Shown: piece after piece, positions 18,641 to 27,428 of the stretch
Layout of the letters: each line of letters begins with the position of its first letter
How positions within the stretch are numbered: the stretch's first letter is position 1
Notes under the pieces: model-generated
The model's input: the letters and a program-made list of their open reading frames with translations, nothing else
The model's database searches: none
What the model was told of the DNA's origin: nothing
Assembly: GCA_965279705.1 (NCBI GenBank)
Contig: OZ257257.1
Coordinates: forward strand, 2,715,113 to 2,779,112
DNA length: 64,000 nucleotides
Direction: 5' to 3'
From: Stagnimonas sp.
Lineage (GTDB): Bacteria > Pseudomonadota > Gammaproteobacteria > Nevskiales > Nevskiaceae
Translations under genes and position numbers: made by a program

Positions 18641-18852
18641 AGGGGCTGCGTCCCCTAACGATCCACACTGGCCATTCGCCGGATCAATGAGTGACCGCTT
18701 CTGGCGCTTTTGAGACCATCGCCCCACTCCATGAGCCGTGCGCGGTTGTTGAAAATGATCTGGCGGTGATCGGCTGGGATGGCCTGCTTCGAGTCGTTAC
18801 CGCTGACAGGTTTTCCCTTCGACAGGTGGCAGGCTTGGGTCGGAGAATGCGG

Positions 18853-20775
18853 CTACCAGCCACCGCCGCCGCCCCCTCCTCCACCGCCGCCCGAGCTACC
18901 GCCACCGCCGCCGCCACTCGATGAGCCCGAGCTGGACCCAGGCGCGGTCGAGGCGGAGGAAATCGAGTGCTTCAGGCTGTCGCTCAGTCCAGACACTAGC
19001 GAAGTCGGACTGCTGCTGGAGAAGCCGCCGTACGAGCGGTACCAGATCGGTTGAATCTCTTCGAACTTCTCCGGCGGCAGGGCGTCGGCAAAACGCTGCG
19101 CCCAGGCCTGTTCGATATCCAGCGCCAGCGCATAGGGCAGGTATTCGGCGAACAGCTCCGGCCGCGATTCCGGGCGATAGCGGCTGTCCAGCTCCTGCTT
19201 TTCGGCGACGCCGAGATACCAGCGAAAGCCGTCGATCTGGTCCAGCAGGCGCGCGCCTTCCGCGGTCGGCGCCTTCATCCAGTGGTAGAACGCGACGTTG
19301 GTGGCCAGCAGCAGCACCGTCACCACAGCGCCCAGACCGGTGGCTGAGAACATGGCCACGAGCAGAGCAATCTGGATCGCCAGGATGGGTAGCCCCAGAG
19401 CACCGCCGATCAGGCCCTTGAGCTTGCTCCACAGGCCGTTGCCGGTGAGTGATTTCCAGGCCGCAGACCAGATGCCGTATAGCGGTATCGTCAGCAGGCT
19501 GAGCGGGATGCAAACAAATACCGGCACCCAGGCAAATTCGTTAGCAACCACCAGCGCCGATGCGATCTGCGTCAGCACCGCCATCGCGACGCCAACCACC
19601 ACGGTCAGGCTGTTGGTCATGAAGTATTTTCTTTCGTACTCCACGGCCAAGGCCGATTTCAAGGCCGAATCGGCTGCGCTCATGAGCCTTGCAGTCGCCG
19701 CACTTTGGGCCAGGCGCAGTGGCGCATCGTTATCCAGCAAAGCGTCCAGCAGCTTGCCTTCACCCGGTGCCAGCCGCCTGCGGTCTGCGTCTTTCACCTT
19801 GATCAGGGTGATGACCTCGTCTTCGTCCTGCTCGATCTTCAGCAGACCCTTGGATGCCAACGAAAGCAGCGCAGCGGCGAAGCAGGTCTTGTCGTAGCCC
19901 ATGCGGCGGACGAAACGCAGCGAGGCGGGCGAGAAATTGGCGGGTGGCTCGTACAGCGGAATGCGTACGCCGTGTTTGGGGTCGCGACCCACGGCGCGCC
20001 AGCGCAGGCCGTACCAAACCCAGAGCGCCAGCAACCCCAGACCGCCGACCAGCAGGTTGAGGTTGTCCTGCAGCAGCCAGAGCAGCTTCTGGCGGGTATC
20101 GGGTGGGGTCACCACGCTCTTGGGGAACTCCAGGACCAGGCTCAGTCCCTCTGAAGGCGCCAGTCCCACGCGACTGGCATATCGGGCGCCGCCCTCGAAA
20201 GTCTCGGTCGTCAGAAAGGCATCGCGCGAGCCGCTGACGCCGGTATAGCCGGATGCCTTCAGCTGCGTCGTGGCCACCGGGCTCGGCAGCTGCACCGTGG
20301 CGGTCACGGTATCAATCGGAAACTCCCAGCCATTGCCGGTGACGTTCCAGTACAGCTCGTCGTGCTGCGCGAAGAACCCGAGCTGCCGCGTGGTGCGATA
20401 GCGGATTTGGTAGTTGTATTCGCCCGGCTCCAGCAGCACCTCGGCGCGACCGAGATAGATGCGCACACCATTGGCCTGGGCTTCGGCATGCCAGCTCTCG
20501 GGCTGGTCGTCTCGCAGCGCGTCGCGGAAATCGAAGGCGACGTGATAGCGGTTGCCGAGAGAATCCTTATAGTCGGTGGGGAAGTCGCGATAAATGCCGC
20601 GACGAATCCGGTCGCCCTCGGCGCGCACGCGGATGGTCTCGGTGACATCCATCGAGCCATCGCGGTGGATCGCGATCTGCGAGTCGTAGGCGAGGATGCG
20701 CTCATCGGCGAAAGCGGTGCCCGCGCTGAGCAGCCCGCCGACAAGCAGTAGCCAGCGCAACAGACCGAGCTTCAC
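18853..20775 (-). CDS. DUF2207 family membrane protein
   Basis: 640 aa. Signal peptide, large N-terminal soluble domain, several TM helices and a C-terminal Ser/Gly tail ending 'GGGGGGGGGGGW'. GTG start overlaps the LemA stop (GTGA). Confidence 0.7.
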   Translation of the reverse strand: MKLGLLRWLLLVGGLLSAGTAFADERILAYDSQIAIHRDGSMDVTETIRVRAEGDRIRRGIYRDFPTDYKDSLGNRYHVAFDFRDALRDDQPESWHAEAQANGVRIYLGRAEVLLEPGEYNYQIRYRTTRQLGFFAQHDELYWNVTGNGWEFPIDTVTATVQLPSPVATTQLKASGYTGVSGSRDAFLTTETFEGGARYASRVGLAPSEGLSLVLEFPKSVVTPPDTRQKLLWLLQDNLNLLVGGLGLLALWVWYGLRWRAVGRDPKHGVRIPLYEPPANFSPASLRFVRRMGYDKTCFAAALLSLASKGLLKIEQDEDEVITLIKVKDADRRRLAPGEGKLLDALLDNDAPLRLAQSAATARLMSAADSALKSALAVEYERKYFMTNSLTVVVGVAMAVLTQIASALVVANEFAWVPVFVCIPLSLLTIPLYGIWSAAWKSLTGNGLWSKLKGLIGGALGLPILAIQIALLVAMFSATGLGAVVTVLLLATNVAFYHWMKAPTAEGARLLDQIDGFRWYLGVAEKQELDSRYRPESRPELFAEYLPYALALDIEQAWAQRFADALPPEKFEEIQPIWYRSYGGFSSSSPTSLVSGLSDSLKHSISSASTAPGSSSGSSSGGGGGGSSGGGGGGGGGGGW

Positions 20776-21317
20776 AGCGCCACCTTGGGATTGGCCCGAG
20801 CATCGGTATCGGCCGCGAAGAATTCGGCAGCGCGGAAGGCGAAACTGCGGGCAACGAGCAGATCCGGAAACTGTTCGAGACGCGTGTTGTATTGGCGCAC
20901 CGAGCCGTTATAGAAGCGGCGTGCCGACTGCAGGCTGTTCTCCACCTCGGCCAGCTGCTGCGAGAGTTTCGAGAAATTCGCCGAAGCCTTCAGGTCGGGA
21001 TAGGCCTCGGCGAGCGCGATGAGACCCGACAGGTTCTGCCCGAGTGCGGTTTCGTGCTGGCCCTTGGCGTTGGCGCCCTGCGCGCGCTGACTGGCATTGC
21101 GCTCGGCCGCCACCTGCTCGAACACCGTGCGCTCATGGCCGGCGTAGCCCTTGACGATCTCGACCAGATTCGGGATCAGGTCGTAGCGCCGTTGCAGCTG
21201 CACATCGACATCGCTCCAGGCGGCGGCGACCTGGTTGCGGTCGCTGATCAGGCGATTGAACACCCAGATCACCAGGGCCGCGATGGCCAAGCTGGCAACA
21301 GCGGCTACCCATTCCAT
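20772..21317 (-). CDS. LemA family protein
   Basis: 181 aa from ATG 21317. Single N-terminal TM helix ('VAAVASLAIAALVIWVF'), then 'RRYDLIPNLVEIVKGYAGHE' and 'ARRFYNGSVRQYN', typical LemA blocks. Confidence 0.8.
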   Translation of the reverse strand: MEWVAAVASLAIAALVIWVFNRLISDRNQVAAAWSDVDVQLQRRYDLIPNLVEIVKGYAGHERTVFEQVAAERNASQRAQGANAKGQHETALGQNLSGLIALAEAYPDLKASANFSKLSQQLAEVENSLQSARRFYNGSVRQYNTRLEQFPDLLVARSFAFRAAEFFAADTDARANPKVAL

Positions 21318-21450
21318 GGTCGATCTCCGTCGAACTGCCTGCCCAGGAAGGCCGGCGATCAACGATAGCAAAGGCGGGTTGCGATCCGATCGAAGTGGAA
21401 AGACAAAATCCGTTCGCCCTGAGATTGTCGAAGGGCCTTGGCTCAGCGTC

Positions 21451-22338
21451 TCAGGACTTGGCCGGAACCGCTTCGCGGCTGAAAATGCCGATCATCGTCG
21501 TGCCATGGGCGCGCATGGCCGGCTCGATGCGCCGGTGCAGCGCGTGATAGTGATAGAACGGAACACGCGGAAACAGATGGTGCACCGAGTGCAGGTTCTG
21601 TCCCAGCCAGAACCACTCCAGCGGCTTCATCCAGGTCGGCATGATCAGGCTGTTGGTGTTGCGGTAACGCGCCGAATCCTCATAGGGGTGGTGCGGCCGG
21701 TAGGCGAACCAATACGCCGTGAAGAACGCGCCGATCAGATAACCCACCACGAGCAGCAGCACGGTGTGCTCACGCGCCACCATGAGCGCAAAGGCCAGTC
21801 GCCAGCCCAGGGCGAAGGTCACCTCCGCCACGTAGGCAGCGCGCTCGCGCCACGGTGCCGTCGGCCAGTAGTCGCGGAACAGGAAGGTGTTCTGCACCCA
21901 CAGGAAGCGCACGGCACTAGCGATGAAGGACAGCAACCCATGGCGCATGCCGCTGACAACGTGGTCCGGGTCCTTGTCTGGCTGATTCGTGTAGCGGTGA
22001 TGCGTGAAGTGCTCCACCCGGTGGGTGGAGAACGGCACCATGATCAAGGGTGCCACCAGGTAGCCGCAGAGGTCGTTCAACCATTGCAGCCGATCATGGC
22101 CGCCGTGGATGTTGGCGTGCGCCGCCTCGTGCAGCGGCGTGTAGGACATATAGGTCAATACGGCATAGACCGGGATCGCGCCCCACAGCGGCATGATGCC
22201 TTCTGCAAATAGCCAGAGGTTGGCGATGAAGGCTGCAATCACGCTCAGCGCCAGCACGACGGTTGGCCAAGCCAGCTCGCCGGTGTATTCCTTCGACGTA
22301 GCGATAGCCTGCTTGTTCAACGAGACGAGATCCTGCAT
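21451..22338 (-). CDS. Membrane fatty-acid-desaturase-family di-iron protein
   Basis: 295 aa with three His boxes ('HEAAH', 'HFTHHRY', 'HSVHHLF') and hydrophobic helices. SD 'CAGGAG'. Confidence 0.75.
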   Translation of the reverse strand: MQDLVSLNKQAIATSKEYTGELAWPTVVLALSVIAAFIANLWLFAEGIMPLWGAIPVYAVLTYMSYTPLHEAAHANIHGGHDRLQWLNDLCGYLVAPLIMVPFSTHRVEHFTHHRYTNQPDKDPDHVVSGMRHGLLSFIASAVRFLWVQNTFLFRDYWPTAPWRERAAYVAEVTFALGWRLAFALMVAREHTVLLLVVGYLIGAFFTAYWFAYRPHHPYEDSARYRNTNSLIMPTWMKPLEWFWLGQNLHSVHHLFPRVPFYHYHALHRRIEPAMRAHGTTMIGIFSREAVPAKS

Positions 22339-22409
22339 GGCTGACTCCTGCGCAAATAGTAAAAGGGCCTAGCTTTGTAGACCCAACAAAATGGATGACG
22401 TCGGTGGTT

Positions 22410-23375
22410 TTATTGCTGTGGAAGCGCCAGCTTCAAGACGCCCTTGTCGCCGCCCACAAGCATCAAATTGCTCGTCATCTGGATCGCCGCGAAGACCTGA
22501 TCGCGGTTCAGGCTCTTGGCCTTGATGACCGAGGCTTTCCTCTGGCTGCCGCTGATGCGAAGGATCACACCATCGGCACCGACCAAAATGGCGTCTTCGC
22601 CCGACAGCGCACCCGCGAACAGGCTGGACGTGGTGCCGGTTTCCACCTTCGTCCACTGGCCGGTTTCGGGGGCGTCGGAAACATAGACATTGCCGCGCAT
22701 GCCGAATACCACCATGCCGCGCTCGCCCAGCGGCAGCACGCCGAACAGCGAGCCCTCGTAGGGCAGTGCGATGCGCTGCCACTCGCTACCGTCGCTGGAA
22801 AGCCCTACTAGACCGTGCTCGCCAACAACGGCCATGCGGCCATCGTGCAGCCGGGCGATGGCATTGAAGTGGTACTTCTCGCCGTTGATGGCGGGGGCAT
22901 CGACATCGGCCCAAGTCTTGCCGCCGTCCGCACTGCTCTTGATGGTGCCGAAAGCACCAACCGTGATGATCTGCTGAGCACTCAGCGGCAGCACGGCGAA
23001 CAGCGGTGCGTTCTGGTCCGGCTGCCAGTTTTGCAAGGCCCAGGTTGCACCGCCATCGGCGCTGTGCAGAATCGCGCCGTCGTGACCCACGGCCCAGCCG
23101 TTGCGCGCATCGGCGAAGGCGAGGCCTGTGAGCGTGGAGTCCACGGGGCTCGCCACTTGCTTGAAGTTCTTGCCGTCTACCGCGCGTAGAATGACGCCGT
23201 TACCGCCCACGGCGACACGGCTCGTGCCTGCAGCCGCCAGCCCTAGCAGCAGGCCCTCAGTGGCTTTGGGGCTGATGAGCGCAGGTAACGGTTTGGATGT
23301 GGCGGCTTCGGCGAAGACGGGCGTGGCCTGTGCAAGCACCAAGGCACCGAGGGCGATCAGAGAGAGCTTGTTCAT
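22410..23375 (-). CDS. Ycf48-like BNR/Asp-box beta-propeller protein (periplasmic)
   Basis: 321 aa. Signal peptide 'MNKLSLIALGALVLAQATPVFA' and Asp-box repeats 'SADGGATW', 'SADGGKTW' and 'SSDGSEW'. ATGA overlap with the RND gene. Confidence 0.75.
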   Translation of the reverse strand: MNKLSLIALGALVLAQATPVFAEAATSKPLPALISPKATEGLLLGLAAAGTSRVAVGGNGVILRAVDGKNFKQVASPVDSTLTGLAFADARNGWAVGHDGAILHSADGGATWALQNWQPDQNAPLFAVLPLSAQQIITVGAFGTIKSSADGGKTWADVDAPAINGEKYHFNAIARLHDGRMAVVGEHGLVGLSSDGSEWQRIALPYEGSLFGVLPLGERGMVVFGMRGNVYVSDAPETGQWTKVETGTTSSLFAGALSGEDAILVGADGVILRISGSQRKASVIKAKSLNRDQVFAAIQMTSNLMLVGGDKGVLKLALPQQ

Positions 23376-25963
23376 GCGTGCGCACCGGCAGCGTTGGTTT
23401 TTGGAACTTTCATCAGCAGGCTCGCAAAGGCGGGCAGCATGACGAGGGCGGCGACGGCATTGGCGAGGAACATGATGGTGAGCAGAATGCCCATGTCGAT
23501 CTGGAATTGAAGATCAGACATCACCCAGGTCGCCACGCTCGCCGAGAGCGCGATGGCGGTGACCACCACCGCCTTGCCGGTCTGGTGCAGGGTGTCGGCA
23601 TAGGCCTCGCGCAGGGCCATCCCCTTCATCTTCACGTTTTCTTCGAGCACGCTGTAGATGTAGATGCCGTAGTCGACGCCAATGCCCGCTGCGAAGGCCG
23701 CCACTGGCAGGGTCGCCACCGTCTGGCCGATGCCGAGCCACACCATGATCGCGTAGGTGAACACCGAAACCGCCGCGAGCGGCACCACGATGCAGATGAT
23801 GCCGGTGAGGCCCCGGAAGCTCGCATAGACGCAGATGATGATCGCCGCGAACAGCCAGAACAGCACTTTGAACTCGGTCTCCGCAATCACCTCGTTGGTG
23901 GCCGCCATCACGCCGACGTTGCCGCCGGCGAGCGTGAACTTCACCGGGCTGTCGGGCCCCTGTTCGGCGTTGTAGCTTTTGATGGCCTTGAGGATGCCGT
24001 TGATGGTGGTGGCGCGATGGTCGGCGGTGAAGAGGTAGGTCGGCATCACCGAGCAGTCTTCGTTGAGCAGGCCCGTGGAGGTGGTGAACTGCTGGCCGGC
24101 GAGGATGAGGCCATCCTCCGAGCGTGGCAGCTGCGACCAACGCGGGTTGCTCTCGTTCATCTTGTTCCACACCAGCTTGTCCATGATCGGCATCGAGACC
24201 GTGGACACGATGCCCGGCACGCCTTGCATGTACCAGCCGAAGCGGTCGATCTGGTTCATCACGGCATAGTCGATGCAGCCGTTCTTCTTGGTCTCGGCGT
24301 AGATCTGCAGGATGTCCACACCGATGGCGTAGTTCTTCGAGACAAAGGCCGAGTCCTGGTTGTAGCGGGAGTCGGGCTTGAGCGCCGGCACACCGTCGTG
24401 CAACTCACCGATCTGCAAATCCCTGGCAACCGTCAAGGCACCGGCCGAGGCCAGACCCAGCACCACCAGCACGCCGACGGCCATTCGCGGATTGGTGAGT
24501 GCGGAGAAGCGCCACCACAAAGGTTTCAGCTTCTGGTCGCGGCGGCGCTGAAAGCTGCGAAAACGCTCAGGGTCGGGCAGCTTGGCGTACGAGAGCAGGC
24601 AGGGCAGCAAAATCTTCTTGCAGACGATGACGGCCAGCAGACCGAACATGGCGTTGATCGCCATCTCCTGCACGATGCCGATCGGGATCAGCAGAATGGT
24701 GCCGAAGCCGATGACATTAGTGACCAGCGCGGTGATACCGGGAATGACCAGACGGCGGTAGGTCGCACGCGAGGCATCGAAGCTGTTGAGGCCGCGATCC
24801 GCCACTTCCAATAGCCAGAAACTGGTGATCTGGATGCCGTGACTGACACTGATCGCGAGTACGAGAAACGGAACCAAGATCGCGAAAGGATCGAGCGCAT
24901 AGCCGGCGAGATGCAGAATGCCCATCTCCCACACCACCGCGAGCAGGCCGCAGCTCAGCGGGTAGAGCGCCACCACGAACGAGCCCATGTACCAGGCGAG
25001 CACAAACCACACGAGTAGCACCGTGATGCCGAAGAAGGTGACGACGCCGAGCGAGGCATTTGCGACGTCGCCGATGACCTTGGCGAAGCCGATGATCTGC
25101 ACGTCGATGTCGGGGTTGTAGTCGGGGTTCTTTGATTCGACCACTTCGAGATCGCTGCCGGAGAAGCGGCGGTCGATGGTCTCGCCATCGGCGGCAACGG
25201 CGGTGCCGTGGAAGCCCTTGTAGTTGAACAGCAGCCCGCGCGGGTCTTCATACAGGGCCAGCACGCGGGTGCCAGCGGCGAGCGGTGCGCTCTCGGCCTT
25301 GAGCTTCAGCTCATAGAGCATCGGTTGCGTCAGCCGCCCCCGAATGTTCTCGAACTGGTGTGCGGCGCGGATGGTGTCGAGCTTTTCCTGCGTGCGCGGA
25401 TTGGTCTCGACCAGCTCCGAGGCGACGATGGCCGAGCGTTGGTCGTTGGAGATGAGGCGGCCGATGATGCTCGCCTTGCGCACATTGTCCTTGATGGTTT
25501 CGAGCGCTTCGGGTGTGGGCTTGAAGCCCGAAGGCACCACGTTACCGCCCTGAAAACCGCCTTCCACCACTTCGAGATAGCGGGTGTTGGGCGTGAACAT
25601 GGAGCTGACGCGGGTGCGATCGACCCCCGGCAGATAAAACACCGCGTCGGTCGCGGTCTTGAGCGAGGCGAGGAAGGGGCCGTTGTAGATGTCGCCCTTG
25701 CCTTCTTTTTGCGAGACGGCAAGCAACACCGTGTTGCCACCGCCGAACTGCGCCTGATGCTGGCGCAGCACTTGAATATAGGGGTGATCCTTCGGCAGCT
25801 GCTTATCGAAGCCGGAGTCGAGCTTGAGTTGCGAAGCCTGCCAGCCGAGCAAGACCGTCATCAGGGAGATGACAGTGAGCGTGAGGGGGCGCTTCGAGAA
25901 AATCAGGGGTTCGGTGATCTTGACGAAAAAGGTCGAGAACCAGCCGCGGGGATCGCCGTGCAT
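23372..25963 (-). CDS. RND-superfamily transporter, MMPL/HpnN-like (about 12 TMS)
   Basis: 863 aa with two hydrophobic helix bundles, each preceded by a large soluble loop. The size and layout are those of MMPL-type lipid exporters. Confidence 0.75.
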   Translation of the reverse strand: MHGDPRGWFSTFFVKITEPLIFSKRPLTLTVISLMTVLLGWQASQLKLDSGFDKQLPKDHPYIQVLRQHQAQFGGGNTVLLAVSQKEGKGDIYNGPFLASLKTATDAVFYLPGVDRTRVSSMFTPNTRYLEVVEGGFQGGNVVPSGFKPTPEALETIKDNVRKASIIGRLISNDQRSAIVASELVETNPRTQEKLDTIRAAHQFENIRGRLTQPMLYELKLKAESAPLAAGTRVLALYEDPRGLLFNYKGFHGTAVAADGETIDRRFSGSDLEVVESKNPDYNPDIDVQIIGFAKVIGDVANASLGVVTFFGITVLLVWFVLAWYMGSFVVALYPLSCGLLAVVWEMGILHLAGYALDPFAILVPFLVLAISVSHGIQITSFWLLEVADRGLNSFDASRATYRRLVIPGITALVTNVIGFGTILLIPIGIVQEMAINAMFGLLAVIVCKKILLPCLLSYAKLPDPERFRSFQRRRDQKLKPLWWRFSALTNPRMAVGVLVVLGLASAGALTVARDLQIGELHDGVPALKPDSRYNQDSAFVSKNYAIGVDILQIYAETKKNGCIDYAVMNQIDRFGWYMQGVPGIVSTVSMPIMDKLVWNKMNESNPRWSQLPRSEDGLILAGQQFTTSTGLLNEDCSVMPTYLFTADHRATTINGILKAIKSYNAEQGPDSPVKFTLAGGNVGVMAATNEVIAETEFKVLFWLFAAIIICVYASFRGLTGIICIVVPLAAVSVFTYAIMVWLGIGQTVATLPVAAFAAGIGVDYGIYIYSVLEENVKMKGMALREAYADTLHQTGKAVVVTAIALSASVATWVMSDLQFQIDMGILLTIMFLANAVAALVMLPAFASLLMKVPKTNAAGAHA

Positions 25964-25974
25964 GGGAATGTCCG

Positions 25975-26020
25975 ATAAAAAAGGTGCCCTGCGCCGCAGC
26001 GGGGTGGCTGCGGCGCAGGG
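25975..26020 (-). terminator. Strong GC hairpin plus U-tract between DUF1329 and the RND gene (intrinsic terminator/attenuator)
   Basis: The minus-strand RNA reads CCCUGCGCCGCAGC-CACCCC-GCUGCGGCGCAGGG-CACC-UUUUUUAU. This is a perfect 14-bp stem with a 6-nt loop and a U6 tract after a 4-nt spacer. Confidence 0.5.
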
Positions 26021-26035
26021 TGAAGGTGTTGCGGC

Positions 26036-27403
26036 TTACTTCGAGGCGCGCTGCTGCACGGCGCTGTCGGTGAAGAAGCCGTCCGGGTAGTCCACGCTGT
26101 AGTCGTTGGGAGCACCCTGAGCTTGCAGTGCGGTCACGAAGTAGCGACCGGAGTCGAAGTGATAAACGATCTCAGGCACCGTGAAGTGGGTCAGCACGTT
26201 GGTCTGCGGTGTGCCCATGCCTTCCTGGAAGTTGAACAGCCCGCCCTGACCGTCGTAGAGGTCGACCATAAGGATGCTCCAGCTGTCTTCATCCACGTAG
26301 AACACGCGCTTGGCGTAGGTGTGGCGCTCGCCGGGTTTCAGCGTGGCTTCGACCACCCAGACGCGATGCGCTTCGTAGCGCGGCAGTTCGGGGTTGAGGT
26401 GGTTGGGCTTGGCGAGCGTGTCGTACTTGGCGCGGGCGATCTTGAAGTTGTTGTACGGCACGACCATGTCGCGTTTGCCGACCAGCTTCCAGGTGTAGCG
26501 CTCAAGCACGCCGTTGAACATGTCCACCTGGTCATAGAACAGCTGACCGTCGGTGCCCTCGTACGGGTTGTCGCAGCACACCGCCGGTGCGCGGCGAATG
26601 CGCTTCAGTGCCGGTGCATACAGCCAGGCCGCGCGGCCGGTGGCCCCGGTGCCGCCGCTCTCGTTGACGAGAATCATGGTGCCCGCGGTGCGCGAGGGGG
26701 CGATGATCTTCGAGAGGTAATACAGGAACAAACCCTTGCCATTGGTGAGCGGCACCGGGTTCTTCTCGTTGGCGTAGAGAAACTTCACATCCTCCACCAG
26801 CTGTGCGAGTTGAAAGCGGCCGCTGGCATCGACGTTCATCTGGTCGTTGTTGCGGCGCACGGTGTTGCCGCGCCACTTGATGCGGTGGTTCCAGATCACC
26901 TCAGCGCCCGTCTTCGGAATGGGATACGGGAAGCCCTGGACGCACTTGTCCGGGTTGTCGGTGCCGATCAACTCGCAGGTAGTGGCGTTGACGGCGGTGG
27001 ACTTGTAGATGAAGTCCGGCCAGGCCACGGTGCGGTGACTGGGGTAGACCTGCATCTTGTAGCTGGGGAAGGTCTTCAGCAGGTATTTGTGACCCTCGCT
27101 GAGCTTGCCGGCATATTTGGCGGCGTCAGCGCCGGCGATCGTGTAGAGCGGCTTGTCGGCTTCAATCTTGGGGTCGCTGGCGTACTCGCCCGTCAACTTG
27201 CCGGACTGCTTCGCAGGCGTCCACGCCGGGATGCTGCCGTCCTTGTTGGGGCCAGCCTCGGCCCCGATCGGCGTGAGCTGATTGCCGAGCTTGGCGGCTT
27301 CGGCCGCGGTGGCCTTGGCAAGCGCAGTATTCGAGAGCGGCAACAGTGCCGCCGCAATCAGAGCCAGTCTGAGCGCAGGGCTGCGCCAATGTGCTGGATT
27401 CAT
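26036..27403 (-). CDS. DUF1329 family periplasmic/outer-membrane lipoprotein-sorting-like protein (copy 1)
   Basis: 455 aa from ATG 27403 (SD GGAGGAAG). Signal peptide 'LRLALIAAALLPLSNTALA'. Blocks 'ERYTWKLVGKRDMVVPYNNFK' and 'YEAHRVWVVEATLKPGERH' are shared with 49591-50958. Confidence 0.75.
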   Translation of the reverse strand: MNPAHWRSPALRLALIAAALLPLSNTALAKATAAEAAKLGNQLTPIGAEAGPNKDGSIPAWTPAKQSGKLTGEYASDPKIEADKPLYTIAGADAAKYAGKLSEGHKYLLKTFPSYKMQVYPSHRTVAWPDFIYKSTAVNATTCELIGTDNPDKCVQGFPYPIPKTGAEVIWNHRIKWRGNTVRRNNDQMNVDASGRFQLAQLVEDVKFLYANEKNPVPLTNGKGLFLYYLSKIIAPSRTAGTMILVNESGGTGATGRAAWLYAPALKRIRRAPAVCCDNPYEGTDGQLFYDQVDMFNGVLERYTWKLVGKRDMVVPYNNFKIARAKYDTLAKPNHLNPELPRYEAHRVWVVEATLKPGERHTYAKRVFYVDEDSWSILMVDLYDGQGGLFNFQEGMGTPQTNVLTHFTVPEIVYHFDSGRYFVTALQAQGAPNDYSVDYPDGFFTDSAVQQRASK

Positions 27404-27428
27404 GTTCTTCCTCCGGGGGTGATGGTGA

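Noticed and set aside
18641-18852. 212-nt non-coding gap after the AraC gene, containing the small hairpin AGGGG-CTGCGT-CCCCT and a GACAGG direct repeat. I considered a small RNA, a terminator or a gene remnant.
   Set aside because: The stem is only 5 bp with no U-tract. There are no tRNA or riboswitch-like features, and no coding signal I could recognise. Evidence is insufficient.
18779-19054. Plus-strand 91-aa ORF with a poly-proline run ('PPPPPPPPPPPELPPPPPP').
   Set aside because: It is the reverse complement of the GGN-rich codons that encode the poly-Gly tail of DUF2207. There is no start context and no independent support.
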